From: Bacteroidales bacterium
GTDB lineage: Bacteria > Bacteroidota > Bacteroidia > Bacteroidales > UBA4181
Direction of reading: 5' to 3'
Assembly (NCBI GenBank): GCA_031551645.1
Contig: JAVBNI010000007.1
Coordinates: forward strand, 3,887-67,886
Length of the DNA stretch: 64,000 nt
Shown here: one piece after another, positions 47,864 through 58,397 of the stretch
How positions within the stretch are numbered: the first letter of the stretch is position 1
Layout: every line of letters starts with the position of its first letter
Notes under the pieces: model-generated
Databases searched by the model: none
The model's input: the letters and a program-made list of their open reading frames with translations, nothing else
What the model was told of the DNA's origin: nothing
Position numbers and translations under genes: made by a program

Positions 47864-48776
47864 TTGATAAATGGCCTCCATATTTGCCAGAGGCAATTTT
47901 TATCATATCATCGATATGATCGGGATGCATCCATTGGTATGCCTTATCGCGGGCAAACCAGGTAAGTTGACGTTTGGCATAACGGCGGGTATTGCGACGG
48001 ATAAGCTCCACTGCCGTATCAAGGTCGTGCTGGCCGTCCATGTATGCAAACAGCTCCTTGTATCCCACAGTGTTCAACGCGTTCAGATGCCGATTGGGAT
48101 ACAATTCCTTTACTTCTTCAAGCAATCCTTCGTCCATCATGATTCCAGCACGACGATTGATATTCTCATACAATTCCTCGCGCGGACGGTTGAGTGCAAT
48201 TTTTACAATTTCAAACGGTCGGGGACGATGTTGTGCTGTAAGGAATGAAGAGTACGGCCTACCTGTTTGCAGGCATACTTCAATGGCTTTCATGATACGT
48301 TTGTGATTCTGCAAATCAACTTTTGAATAATGCTCCGGATCAAACATTTTCAATTGTCTCCGCAAATACTCAATACCTTCCGTTTGGAACCACCCGGTAA
48401 CTGTCTGTCGGATTTCCGTATCCACCGTGGGAAAATCGTCAATGCCATTGCACAAGGCATCGGCATACAACCCCGATCCTCCCGTCATCACTACAACCGG
48501 ATATTCCAAAAATAATCTGTCCAATAGATGCAGGCAATCCTGTTCGAACATGCTCACATTGTAATAGTCGAAAATAGAAAGATTTCCGATGAAATGATGT
48601 TTTACAGCGGCTAATTCTTCTGCACATGGAACTGCTGTTCCAATCCGCATCTCACGATACATCTGACGTGAGTCGCACGAAATAATCTCTGTATGCAAAG
48701 CCTCCGCCACTTCAATAGCAACACGGGTTTTGCCGATGGCTGTCGGCCCGACAATTACCACCAAACGTTTTGACAT
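47856..48776 (-). CDS. miaA: tRNA dimethylallyltransferase
   Basis: VVIVGPTAIGKT, SCDSRQMYREM.IGTA, GGSGLY. The 3' end overlaps the convergent upstream gene by 8 nt. Confidence 0.95.
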   Translation of the reverse strand: MSKRLVVIVGPTAIGKTRVAIEVAEALHTEIISCDSRQMYREMRIGTAVPCAEELAAVKHHFIGNLSIFDYYNVSMFEQDCLHLLDRLFLEYPVVVMTGGSGLYADALCNGIDDFPTVDTEIRQTVTGWFQTEGIEYLRRQLKMFDPEHYSKVDLQNHKRIMKAIEVCLQTGRPYSSFLTAQHRPRPFEIVKIALNRPREELYENINRRAGIMMDEGLLEEVKELYPNRHLNALNTVGYKELFAYMDGQHDLDTAVELIRRNTRRYAKRQLTWFARDKAYQWMHPDHIDDMIKIASGKYGGHLSTI

Positions 48777-48803
48777 ACTTGGTGTTATGTTAAGAAATTA
48801 AGA

Positions 48804-48881
48804 ATTAAGAGTTAAGAATTAAAAATTACAGCACGCATATTTCTAATCAATGATGGATTTTCATAGCATCACTTTATAATT
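48804..48881 (+). repeat. 78-bp dispersed repeat, copy B
   Basis: See copy A. It lies between the miaA start and the DUF1080 gene stop (both minus strand). Confidence 0.85.
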
Positions 48882-48970
48882 AACTTAACATTAGTTGATG
48901 TCGATAACTGGAAATAAATCAAATAGGTTGTTCAAAATGTCTATTTTTTGAACAACCTATTTCCTGTTTC

Positions 48971-49651
48971 CTACAATTCCTTAATCTTGATGTTTCTGAA
49001 CCAAATCGTGGCATCGCCATGTTTCCCCTGGAAACCGATATAACCTTTTGTGGGTAGTTGGGCAAAAGGCTTGGGTAGCCAGGATGGTATCTTTGACCCG
49101 TCAGGATTTGTTTCTCCTGAAGTCCACAGACTCATGTCCATGTCGGTTACTTTCTTCCCGTTCAGTTCCACAAGGATGCGTTTTCCCTTTGCGGTAACTT
49201 TCATTTTGTTCCATTCACCAGGTTTTTTCACCACCTTCGATTGCGATGGAGCAAGGTGCCCGTAAATAGCTGCGCACTGCGAATATCCCTCAGTATTTGT
49301 CCATTTGGCACAATAATCATCGGCAATCTGTACTTCCACCGCATTGGGTATCCAATTCTTTTTATCGGTACAATAAATAATCACACCGCTATTGGTACAA
49401 TTATCATTCTTGAACTCAAGAAAAAGTTCAAAATTTTCATATTCCTGCGTGCTCCAAATCGCCTCGTCGGCAGAAGCATTTATTACACCGCTTTTGTCAA
49501 TACTCCAAACCGATTTGGAATAGTCGGCATTGGACAGGTCGGATGTAAACAAAGGCTGTTCTTTTTTAGACGCTTTAGCCTTCTTTACTTGCCCGAAAGA
49601 CACTGCGCAAATGCATACGCAACACATCATACATAAAACTACTTTTTTCAT
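48971..49651 (-). CDS. DUF1080 (3-keto-disaccharide hydrolase-like) secreted protein
   Basis: Signal peptide plus the terminal motif GYIGFQGKHGDATIWFRNIKIKEL, typical of DUF1080. Confidence 0.8.
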   Translation of the reverse strand: MKKVVLCMMCCVCICAVSFGQVKKAKASKKEQPLFTSDLSNADYSKSVWSIDKSGVINASADEAIWSTQEYENFELFLEFKNDNCTNSGVIIYCTDKKNWIPNAVEVQIADDYCAKWTNTEGYSQCAAIYGHLAPSQSKVVKKPGEWNKMKVTAKGKRILVELNGKKVTDMDMSLWTSGETNPDGSKIPSWLPKPFAQLPTKGYIGFQGKHGDATIWFRNIKIKEL

Positions 49652-49775
49652 ATAAGGTAAGATTAAAATATTAATTAATAATGACTTAATTACTACCCGA
49701 GTTGTTACGACAAAGTAACAACAATTTGTCGAAAAATTGGAAGAAATAAATGTTTTTTTACACCTTCCTAAATAT

Positions 49776-50855
49776 TCATGACCAGGTCCGATCTAAGAAT
49801 CGTAGCCAGTTACCACTGAGGATCATTTCTATATCCGACAGGCTATATCCTCTTTTTTGCAGCAAAGCAGGCAGTTTTTGAAGATCGGCAATTGTGTGCA
49901 GATCATATGGGCATTGCTCGCGACCGAAGGCGCCATCCAGATCGCTTCCTATAGCCACATGCGAAGCGTTTCCGGCAATCTGGCATATATGATCCATGTT
50001 GTCGACCACAATTTCCATGTTACAATGGGTACTTTCAGGCGTTGATACTCCCCTCACCCATCCGGGAACCATCATCCATGCGTCTAATGCAATCCCAATC
50101 ACTGCCTGGCGATCAACCAAGGCTTTGATCATTTCGTCGCTGAACTGGCGGTTATGGTTAACCAGCGCCCTGCAATTATTGTGACTGGCCCATATACTCC
50201 CATTAAAGGTATCCAATGCATCCCAGAAAGCATCATCACATAAATGCGTAGCATCGAGGATGATATTCAGACGTTCCATCTCCTTCAGCAATTCTTTCCC
50301 TTGTATGTTTAATTTTCCTGACGAATCAGTACCATTGGCGTAACGTCCGGGGCCGTAATGCGCCGGACCAACCACTCTGAGTCCATATTCATGTGCCCGT
50401 TCCAGGTGTTTGACCGTTACAAACGAATCGGCGCCTTCTATACTCAAAATGTACCCAATAGGCTTATGATCGTTTGGTTGTCCGCTATTCCACAATTCAA
50501 GATGTTTTTTCAGGCCTTCCCTGTTCCTGATCATCACCATTTCACCGGCTTCCTCCATTGCCCTGTACCAGGCCAACTGCCCTTGTGTCTGCGCCCATGC
50601 CTGTTCCGGCGACGACCAACCCGGCAATGAACTTCCGGGAGCAACATAACGTGCAATTTGGGTAGCCACAACCAAACCAATATTACCTTTACGTAATTCC
50701 GGAAACGAAACGGTTGCTTTTGCCCTGTCGGGTTTATCCGTCATTCCGGTCTCCCGCCTGTTGATTTCTTCCACAGGCAACCGAAGGTCGCGATTCCATT
50801 CCATTGCATTCATGCTGAGATCAAGATGGGCGTCGAGGATCAATGGTGTCTTCAT
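49776..50855 (-). CDS. Peptidase M19 family (renal-dipeptidase-like) membrane dipeptidase homologue
   Basis: ILDAHLDLSMNA (metal-binding HxD), 359 aa, TIM-barrel amidohydrolase-like pattern. Confidence 0.75.
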   Translation of the reverse strand: MKTPLILDAHLDLSMNAMEWNRDLRLPVEEINRRETGMTDKPDRAKATVSFPELRKGNIGLVVATQIARYVAPGSSLPGWSSPEQAWAQTQGQLAWYRAMEEAGEMVMIRNREGLKKHLELWNSGQPNDHKPIGYILSIEGADSFVTVKHLERAHEYGLRVVGPAHYGPGRYANGTDSSGKLNIQGKELLKEMERLNIILDATHLCDDAFWDALDTFNGSIWASHNNCRALVNHNRQFSDEMIKALVDRQAVIGIALDAWMMVPGWVRGVSTPESTHCNMEIVVDNMDHICQIAGNASHVAIGSDLDGAFGREQCPYDLHTIADLQKLPALLQKRGYSLSDIEMILSGNWLRFLDRTWS

Positions 50856-50858
50856 ATT

Positions 50859-51992
50859 TCAAAAATTTATGTATCGATTCCTGGCTACAATATTCCAGGT
50901 TTCCGACAAATTATGTTTTTTTATGATGAATGCTTTTTCATACAAGGCCACTGTCGGGCAAATATGAACGGGCACTCCGTAAAGTACATCGCCTACCCGG
51001 TAAGACGAACTATCGGGTACCCGCAAGGTCAGGTGTTCTTCGCTTTGAGCGATCGGCTCAGCATCGACAGCATTCAGGAAATGAATCCTCGGCAGGGGAT
51101 TTTCAGCAGCTACTGATTTATGTCCCAAATCGATGCAAATAGTATATGCATCGACAATCGAGATAACCCTGGTCAACAATAAGGCTGCGTATTCGAAAGG
51201 TTGCTCGGGCAACATATGATGATAACCCCAATCCCAAAAAACAAATGTACCGGGACTGCATTCTACTCCGTCCCGCCGGAGATGTATCGGAAAAGTGGGA
51301 GTTCCACCGGCAATTATGGTCAACCTACGGGAAAATAAACGTTCCACCTCGTCAGCCAACTGCCGGACAGGCTCAAATGCCTCATTCGCCTTTTGAGTAC
51401 GTATATCCATATCTGTATCGTGAATATGGCCATCGTAAGCATGAAGTCCGATGATCCTGATTCCATCCAATCCGGATATATCCTGCATCAAACGAAGTGC
51501 ACCGGCAGGAACAATTCCTGTCCGGTTCATTCCCACATTCAGATCAATAAAAACATCCTGTCGCAAGCGATTGCCAGCAAATAGTTGGGATATCTCATTA
51601 GCATTAGCAACATTGTCAACTAAGCAGGAAAATTGCGTCTGCGGATAAGCTTTTACAATGTTCATCAGCCGAGTAATTTTGGGACCTACAGGCTGATAGG
51701 CCAATAATACGTCCGGTGCTCCAATCTGTCCCAACATCTCGGCTTCTGCAATGGTAGCACATTTGTATTTGCTGATACCGGCCGCCAACATCATCCGGCA
51801 TACTTCCGGCGTTTTGTTGGTTTTGACGTGTACTCTCAACTTGCCGGCATTACCGGCCATTTGTAGAATGACATCAATATTTCGGGCGATCCTGTCCGGA
51901 TACAGCAATAAGGCAGGTGAATCGATCAGCCCGGGAGTATCTATCTGATACCAGGGAAGTTGATAATCATTGATTGGTGGAAAATCCGGCAT
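50859..51992 (-). CDS. D-TA family PLP-dependent enzyme (D-threonine aldolase / D-serine dehydratase-like, alanine-racemase fold)
   Basis: LRVHVKTNKT (PLP lysine context), 377 aa. Its stop lies 3 nt upstream of the M19 start. Confidence 0.75.
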   Translation of the reverse strand: MPDFPPINDYQLPWYQIDTPGLIDSPALLLYPDRIARNIDVILQMAGNAGKLRVHVKTNKTPEVCRMMLAAGISKYKCATIAEAEMLGQIGAPDVLLAYQPVGPKITRLMNIVKAYPQTQFSCLVDNVANANEISQLFAGNRLRQDVFIDLNVGMNRTGIVPAGALRLMQDISGLDGIRIIGLHAYDGHIHDTDMDIRTQKANEAFEPVRQLADEVERLFSRRLTIIAGGTPTFPIHLRRDGVECSPGTFVFWDWGYHHMLPEQPFEYAALLLTRVISIVDAYTICIDLGHKSVAAENPLPRIHFLNAVDAEPIAQSEEHLTLRVPDSSSYRVGDVLYGVPVHICPTVALYEKAFIIKKHNLSETWNIVARNRYINF

Positions 51993-52054
51993 GTTATTTA
52001 TCTTTTAATTATAACTCAGATCCGTTTTGATGATCAATTGCTATCCTAATTATT

Positions 52055-53620
52055 TCATTTACTGAGCTCTTTCACAGCTTTCACGAATATCGGATCTTCT
52101 TGATTAACGACGCGATAAAGTTCTGCAGTATTCCACAGATCCCGGGCTACATAACCTTTTATCCACAACCGCAAATGTTGCTTCGAACGGGCAAAAAGTT
52201 CCGGTTTTTTCTCAAGACCTTCCGACTGGGCAAAATCCTGTAAATCATCAAGCATATCCTCCGTAATTACAAAACTCCTGTCGAATTTTTCGAAAGTCGG
52301 ATACAATTTCTCCAATTGAGACCTGTTTTTATCGACATAATTCAGCACAAAGCGATTGAATATGCCTTTGGCTAACAGATCCCTGTAATAACTGTTGTAG
52401 TGGGAGGTATCGATCGGGACGAAAATGTCCGGCATGATGCCGCCGCCGCCGTATACTGTCCGTTTTTTTACCAGAGTTTGGTATTTTAGTGAGTCGGCAA
52501 AACCGACGGACGCATTACCCGTCAATTCTCCAGTTTCCAGACGGCTGCGTACACCTTTTGAATATTCATTGTCCGCACTATGATATGGTTTTTGGATCAT
52601 GCGGCCTGTGGGCGTGTGATAACGCGATATGGTCAGTCGGAGCATCGAGCTGTCTGCAAACAACATTTGACGTTGTACCAACCCTTTGCCGAATGAACGG
52701 CGACCGACAATCAAGCCTCTGTCCCAATCCTGGATGGCTCCTGCCAATATTTCGCTTGCCGAGGCAGACCCTTCGTCTATCATCACAGCCAGCTTGCCTT
52801 TCCTGAAATTACCACCCGTTTTGGCAACATAATTTTGCCGTCTGCTATGCTCGCCTTCGGTATATACAATCAAACTACCTTTGTCGAAAAATTCGTCAGC
52901 CAGTTGCACGGCTACATCAATATAACCACCGCCATTACCCGTCAAGTCGAGGATTAAATCTTTTACCCCTTCATCCATGAGTTTACGCAAGGCTTCGTCG
53001 AATTCCTTTTTTGACGAGGCGGCGAAACGACTCAAACGGATGTAACCTATCTTCCCTGTTACCTTGTAGGCAGCATCTATGCTATAAATCGGTATTTTGT
53101 CACGGACAATCCGGAAATCCAGCAAGCCGGTATGACCTTTGCGCAATATCCCAACCCTTACTTCTGTACCCCGTTTACCTCTGAGCCGTTTATACACATC
53201 TGTAGTCTTGATCTTTTTTCCTGCAACCGTATCACGGTCGATGGTGATTATTTTGTCACCACTGCGGATACCGATCTTTTCGGACGGGCCACCCGATATG
53301 GGCGAAATAACCAAGATGGTATCATTCAATATATTGAACGATACGCCGATCCCTTCAAAAGAACCTTCCAAGGGTTCGTTCATCGCCCTTACTTCGTCTT
53401 TGGAGATGTAGACGGAATGCGGATCGAGTTCCTGCAATGTTTTGCGGATGATATCTTCTCCCAGGCGGTCAACATTGACTGTATCGACGTAGTAAGTGCC
53501 AATCCAATCGAACAGCTGCGCCATCTTATAGGCTGTCAGGTGTTTGTTAGATTGTCCGTTTACCCAAACCGGCGCCAACAAAGCCAATAGTATTGTCCTG
53601 AAAACATTTTTTCTATACAT
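52055..53620 (-). CDS. ctp: S41 family C-terminal processing peptidase
   Basis: PDZ (GIRSGDKIITID), LILDLTGNGGG, SASASEILAGA.QD and G..SFGKGLVQ. The start is taken at MYRKNVF (signal peptide). Confidence 0.9.
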   Translation of the reverse strand: MYRKNVFRTILLALLAPVWVNGQSNKHLTAYKMAQLFDWIGTYYVDTVNVDRLGEDIIRKTLQELDPHSVYISKDEVRAMNEPLEGSFEGIGVSFNILNDTILVISPISGGPSEKIGIRSGDKIITIDRDTVAGKKIKTTDVYKRLRGKRGTEVRVGILRKGHTGLLDFRIVRDKIPIYSIDAAYKVTGKIGYIRLSRFAASSKKEFDEALRKLMDEGVKDLILDLTGNGGGYIDVAVQLADEFFDKGSLIVYTEGEHSRRQNYVAKTGGNFRKGKLAVMIDEGSASASEILAGAIQDWDRGLIVGRRSFGKGLVQRQMLFADSSMLRLTISRYHTPTGRMIQKPYHSADNEYSKGVRSRLETGELTGNASVGFADSLKYQTLVKKRTVYGGGGIMPDIFVPIDTSHYNSYYRDLLAKGIFNRFVLNYVDKNRSQLEKLYPTFEKFDRSFVITEDMLDDLQDFAQSEGLEKKPELFARSKQHLRLWIKGYVARDLWNTAELYRVVNQEDPIFVKAVKELSK

Positions 53621-53815
53621 GAAAACTTTTATCAACATCATTTTACCACAAAACAAAGATACATCATAATATTTCATGGCAAACCAGGAAGACTCACAAA
53701 AACGTCCTTAGCATCATCCGACGCTGTCAACCCCGACAGGACTTTATACCCGTCAATGTCAAATTGACAATATAACCTTACGACACTAAATGATATTCAT
53801 CCGACCGTCAGTGTT

Positions 53816-55378
53816 CTAGCGATTGATGGGGCTGAGGACAATCAACGGAGCCATCATTTCTTCCAATGATATACCACCGTGTTGAAAAGTGTTACGGTAA
53901 AAATTTACGTAATGATTATAATTCTTCGGATAAATCATATAATCATAGTTTGTGGCAAATATGTAACTGGTACTCACATTGAGTTTAGGTAGGCGTATAC
54001 TGTAAGGATCTTTTATCTCGAAAATGCTTTTAGCCTCATAATTAAGCAATTTACCCTGTTTATAACGCAGATTGGATGAACTATCCCTGTCGCCCAGTAC
54101 TTTTACAGGATTGGATACATTAATGGAGCCATGATCGGTGGTGATAACAAGTTTCACGTTTTCTTCAGCCAACTGTTTGATAATATCCAGTAACGACGAA
54201 TGTTCCAGCCACGACTTGGTGATGGAACGATAGCCTGATTCGGATGCTGCCAGATCGCGTATCACATCTACGTTGGTACGGGCATGCGACAACGAATCAA
54301 CGAAATTATAGACAAATACCGATAAATCGCTGTTCAGGTAATCGTGCAAATTATCAGCCACACGCTTACCTTGTTTTTCATTACTGATTTTTTCATACGA
54401 AAGGCTATAAGGCAATCCCAGCCGTTGCAGTTGCTTTTTGAGCAACTCTTGTTCGTGCAGGTTGTGGCTGTCTTCTTCTTCGTCCTCGTCCGACCAGTAT
54501 TCAGGATGTACCTTGATGATATCCAACGGCATCAATCCGGAAAACATGGCATTCCGGGCATACTGGGTTACCGTGGGCAGAATAGCGCAATAAAGTGTTT
54601 CCTTGTCAGGCTTGTAATATTGTCCGATGACGGGAGCAATCGTATACCACTGATCCAGACGGAGATTGTCAATCAGGATCAATACAGTCTTTTGTTGTTT
54701 GATCATCGGAAAAACTTCCTGGCGCAATACGTTGGGCGACATCAGGGGTTTCCGGTCGCTCTGTTTGCCAAACCAGCCTTCATATTGATTTCGGATGAAA
54801 CGGGCAAAATTGTTGTTGGCATCAATCTTTTGCGTTTGCAAAATTTCGTGCATTCCCTTGTCATTCAATTTTTCGAGTTCCAGATCCCAGTATACTAATT
54901 GACGGTATATCAAGATCCAGTCTTCGAATGTGCCTGCCATATTGATATCCCAGCCCAATTGCGAAAATTTCGACTGGTAAAGCGAGGTGGTTTGCTCGGT
55001 AACCAAACGTAACGACTCCGTATTTTTTTTGATCGTCAACAGTATCTGATTCGGATTGACGGGCTTGATCAAATAATCGGCTATTTTTGAACCAATCGCT
55101 TGATCCATAATATTTTCTTCTTCACTCTTGGTAATCATTACCACCGGTACAACCGAATTGATTGCTTTGAGTTCGGTCAGGGTTTCCAAACCGGTCATTC
55201 CAGGCATGTTCTCATCCAGAAAAATCAGATTGACACTGTTTTCCTTCAGCATCTCCACAGCGTCGTAACCGTTGGTAGCTGTGATCACCTGGTAACCTTT
55301 GTTTTGCAGAAACAAAATATGCGGACGTAATAAATCTATCTCGTCATCTACCCAAAGAATTGTAATGTGCTTATCCAT
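53816..55378 (-). CDS. porX: PorX-type response regulator (REC + PglZ/alkaline-phosphatase-like domain)
   Basis: ILWVDDE..IFLDENMPGMTGLE..ITKS..KP, followed by a ~380-aa PglZ-like domain. 520 aa, matching the size of PorX as I remember it. Confidence 0.8.
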   Translation of the reverse strand: MDKHITILWVDDEIDLLRPHILFLQNKGYQVITATNGYDAVEMLKENSVNLIFLDENMPGMTGLETLTELKAINSVVPVVMITKSEEENIMDQAIGSKIADYLIKPVNPNQILLTIKKNTESLRLVTEQTTSLYQSKFSQLGWDINMAGTFEDWILIYRQLVYWDLELEKLNDKGMHEILQTQKIDANNNFARFIRNQYEGWFGKQSDRKPLMSPNVLRQEVFPMIKQQKTVLILIDNLRLDQWYTIAPVIGQYYKPDKETLYCAILPTVTQYARNAMFSGLMPLDIIKVHPEYWSDEDEEEDSHNLHEQELLKKQLQRLGLPYSLSYEKISNEKQGKRVADNLHDYLNSDLSVFVYNFVDSLSHARTNVDVIRDLAASESGYRSITKSWLEHSSLLDIIKQLAEENVKLVITTDHGSINVSNPVKVLGDRDSSSNLRYKQGKLLNYEAKSIFEIKDPYSIRLPKLNVSTSYIFATNYDYMIYPKNYNHYVNFYRNTFQHGGISLEEMMAPLIVLSPINR

Positions 55379-55456
55379 ATCGTCATATTACAAATTACAC
55401 GTTATAGGCCAGTTGTACAAAAATTTACAATCCCGTCTGTAACCTGCAACTTTTAC

Positions 55457-58114
55457 TTATTGTCTTAAATATTCTTTTTTGAAAAATTCGATATAATCGT
55501 CTATCCTTTTATCCTTTTCCAATATGATATAATTGCTTTCGGATATGAGGAACGGCGTATGATCGTACTTGATATTCTTCATCGTGTTGGAATCCAACAG
55601 GAACGATCGATAGTATCCCTGTGCCTGAGTAAGACCCGGAAAACTCTTCACAATTAAGATAACGTGGTTATTGTCGATATTGTTGCGCACAAACTCTAAT
55701 TTTGTATTGGGGTAATGATCAAGGTTGAAATTCAACAAGTCAAACGACATTTGATTGACATCTTCCTTGGCCTGCAATACCCATCCGAAATAATGAGCTT
55801 CCGAAGGATTAAAGGTATAGAGTGATTTAGCCCGTTCTATCTGGTCGGCTTGTTTTAGTTCCGGAGTTTTACCATCGATATAGTCAATCAGGTTTTGTGC
55901 AGCCGTGGCGACTTCGTTACCCGGATAAGCGGCCACAACCTTTTTCATTTCGTTACGCATGGTTTCCTGCGTCCCCAATTTCCCAGTCGACAAAGCTTTC
56001 AGGTAGGCAAATTTAGGTTCCAAGACATCCTTCGGGAATCGAGCCATTGCATCGTTGGCAAGAGCGATCACCTGTTCGTATTTTCCTGAATTATAGTCAT
56101 AATATGTCCGTTCATATAATTGTTCGGCCTCTCCTTTCTGTTGCGCCATTTTGTCAAGATAAGTCGGATCGAGGACTATTTTGGCAAAAGTACTTTCAGG
56201 CGCTTTCGCTAACAGGAGACCTTTGTATTTCTCGGCATTTACCGCATCACCCAACTTGTTATACAACAGATACAGATAATAGTATGACGGCACCAGATAT
56301 TCGCTTTGCGGATAACGACGTATCAAATCTTCGTATTGAGCGGCAGCCTGCGCATATTCGCTAAAATCGTTATTATAAATATATCCCGCAGCATACAGAC
56401 TTTCCAGGATCATCCGGTTAGAGGCCACCATCATCGAGTCGGTAAGCGGGATATTCTGCAGGTAATATGCACGACTTTTCCGATCATCCACTTTTTTTGC
56501 TCCTGCAGCTTGCGTTCCATCCCTGTCATCACTTTCGCCGGCCACAGTCATGTCGGTAACCGTCCCTTTGTTCTTGCGCCGCCAGTTATCTTCAAGATTC
56601 CGCCTGCCCCATTTCATCTGGAACTCACCAATCCCCTGGCTTACCGTGGTCGGGTTGTAAAAATACCACTGTGCCTTGGATGTCGGATCGCTTAATGAGG
56701 TCTGACGTCCAAGATTACTGTAATATTGCTGCATGCGTACGGCTTCAGCTTCCTGCTGCTGTTGTTCCTTACGATTCAGTTCGGTAATAACATTGTCGAT
56801 CATTCGATTCCGTTCTGTTTCGGTCATACGGGCAATGCGCTGTACACTATCTTGGAAATGAATGGTATTAAGATTGTATACCAATGCGTTCAAATTTTCT
56901 GCCTTGGCTGAAATTACAGTGTAATTAGGATAATCGGGCTGCATATTGACCATTGCACTGTCATAATAGGCCTGGGCAGGAACATAATTACGCCTTTCGT
57001 AGAATATATCGCCCAAAGTCAGGTATGATTTGGTTTTCTGCGGCAGGTTCACCGTCGAAGCCTGTGCCGATTTCTGGAAATATTCGATAGCTTTATCGGT
57101 GTTGCCCTCATAAAGCTCTATCTCGGCCAATGCATAATATATCTGATCTTGATATTCGGTATTTTTGCTGTCACGCAACATTTTAGACAATTGTTTCCTG
57201 ACATCGTCGATATGCGTTCCGCTTCCCCGTGAAGCCGACGCACGGCTGATGGTAGCATTGAACGCCATTTCGTAAGGCGGATTCATGCGGATTACTTTTT
57301 GGAAATAATCCGACGCTTTTGCATAATCCTCTTCCTCCATATACAACTGCGCCAACACGTAACGGTACCGCATCTTTGTCTTTTTATGCCGGGTAAACAG
57401 TAAGGCACGTTCCAGATAATCAATCGCCTCGGTAATCTTTTGCTGTTTGATATACAAATCGGCTGTTGTAGCAGCCAATTCTGATTTTAATGCTTTCTTA
57501 TCAGGAAATTTATCATCTTCCCTAAGCTCAATCAACACGCGATCCGCTTCCCGATAATTTTTCTCCAATATCAACGCTTTGGCTTTCCATATTTTAGCGT
57601 CATAGAGACTTTCTTCCCCGGGAAATTCCGTTTGCATGAAGTTGAATGTCTGCGATGCCTGGAAATATTCTCCCAGATATACATACGACTTTCCAATCAA
57701 CAAGTAGCAATCGTCCAGATATTTGTTGAATTCCTTCTTATCATAGAACTTCTTTTCGGACGCCGACATCCCCGACTTGTTCACTTTTGGCTTAACCTTG
57801 ATGGAATGCAGGTTGATGGCTTTGGTCGCTTTTTTCGACGCCAAATCCATATCGCCGGAAACAGCTTGTGTCACCGCTTGGTCACCATATAAAAACAGAG
57901 GAAGAGTACGTGTATAATCATCCTGTTTGCTTTCCTCGGCTTTTTTGATGCCTCTTTTGTAACTTTCCTTAGCGTTGAACAAAACATTGTAGCGCGTAGT
58001 GATATTGTGGTAGGTACGAGTGATACCAGTATTTTTTTCGGTACTGCATCCCGAAAAAAACACCAATAGCGCCACAGCACCAGGCAATATGATATCAATC
58101 AATTTTTTCTTCAA
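55457..58114 (-). CDS. TPR-repeat periplasmic lipoprotein, PorW/SprE-like (type IX secretion/gliding)
   Basis: Lipoprotein signal ..FFSGCSTEKNTGITRTYHNITTRYNVLFN, which resembles the SprE N-terminus as I remember it. Multiple TPRs, 885 aa, adjacent to porX. Confidence 0.6.
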   Translation of the reverse strand: MKKKLIDIILPGAVALLVFFSGCSTEKNTGITRTYHNITTRYNVLFNAKESYKRGIKKAEESKQDDYTRTLPLFLYGDQAVTQAVSGDMDLASKKATKAINLHSIKVKPKVNKSGMSASEKKFYDKKEFNKYLDDCYLLIGKSYVYLGEYFQASQTFNFMQTEFPGEESLYDAKIWKAKALILEKNYREADRVLIELREDDKFPDKKALKSELAATTADLYIKQQKITEAIDYLERALLFTRHKKTKMRYRYVLAQLYMEEEDYAKASDYFQKVIRMNPPYEMAFNATISRASASRGSGTHIDDVRKQLSKMLRDSKNTEYQDQIYYALAEIELYEGNTDKAIEYFQKSAQASTVNLPQKTKSYLTLGDIFYERRNYVPAQAYYDSAMVNMQPDYPNYTVISAKAENLNALVYNLNTIHFQDSVQRIARMTETERNRMIDNVITELNRKEQQQQEAEAVRMQQYYSNLGRQTSLSDPTSKAQWYFYNPTTVSQGIGEFQMKWGRRNLEDNWRRKNKGTVTDMTVAGESDDRDGTQAAGAKKVDDRKSRAYYLQNIPLTDSMMVASNRMILESLYAAGYIYNNDFSEYAQAAAQYEDLIRRYPQSEYLVPSYYYLYLLYNKLGDAVNAEKYKGLLLAKAPESTFAKIVLDPTYLDKMAQQKGEAEQLYERTYYDYNSGKYEQVIALANDAMARFPKDVLEPKFAYLKALSTGKLGTQETMRNEMKKVVAAYPGNEVATAAQNLIDYIDGKTPELKQADQIERAKSLYTFNPSEAHYFGWVLQAKEDVNQMSFDLLNFNLDHYPNTKLEFVRNNIDNNHVILIVKSFPGLTQAQGYYRSFLLDSNTMKNIKYDHTPFLISESNYIILEKDKRIDDYIEFFKKEYLRQ

Positions 58115-58397
58115 ATCGTCGGCTATGAATTTCTCCTGATCAAAATTGGATTAACTTGCAAATTAACAAAAAAATGTCCGTATTTATTTAACCGATTTTC
58201 AAGAAAGATATTTTACAGGGAGATTAATTTTTATCAGAGAATACAATATCCGGAATAATACAGGTGGAAACAATGTAAGGAACTCAAGGGATTATTATGT
58301 ACTTGCCAGTAAATAATCAACATTTTCTCTTTGACGCACCATATTGATTTAATGCCCCTTGACCTTATTTTCAATTGACTTCGCCGAACTAAAGGTC

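Noticed and set aside
54344-55330. ORFs 54344-54898 and 55100-55330, antisense to porX
   Set aside because: Shadow ORFs within a gene that has clear REC and PglZ patterns.
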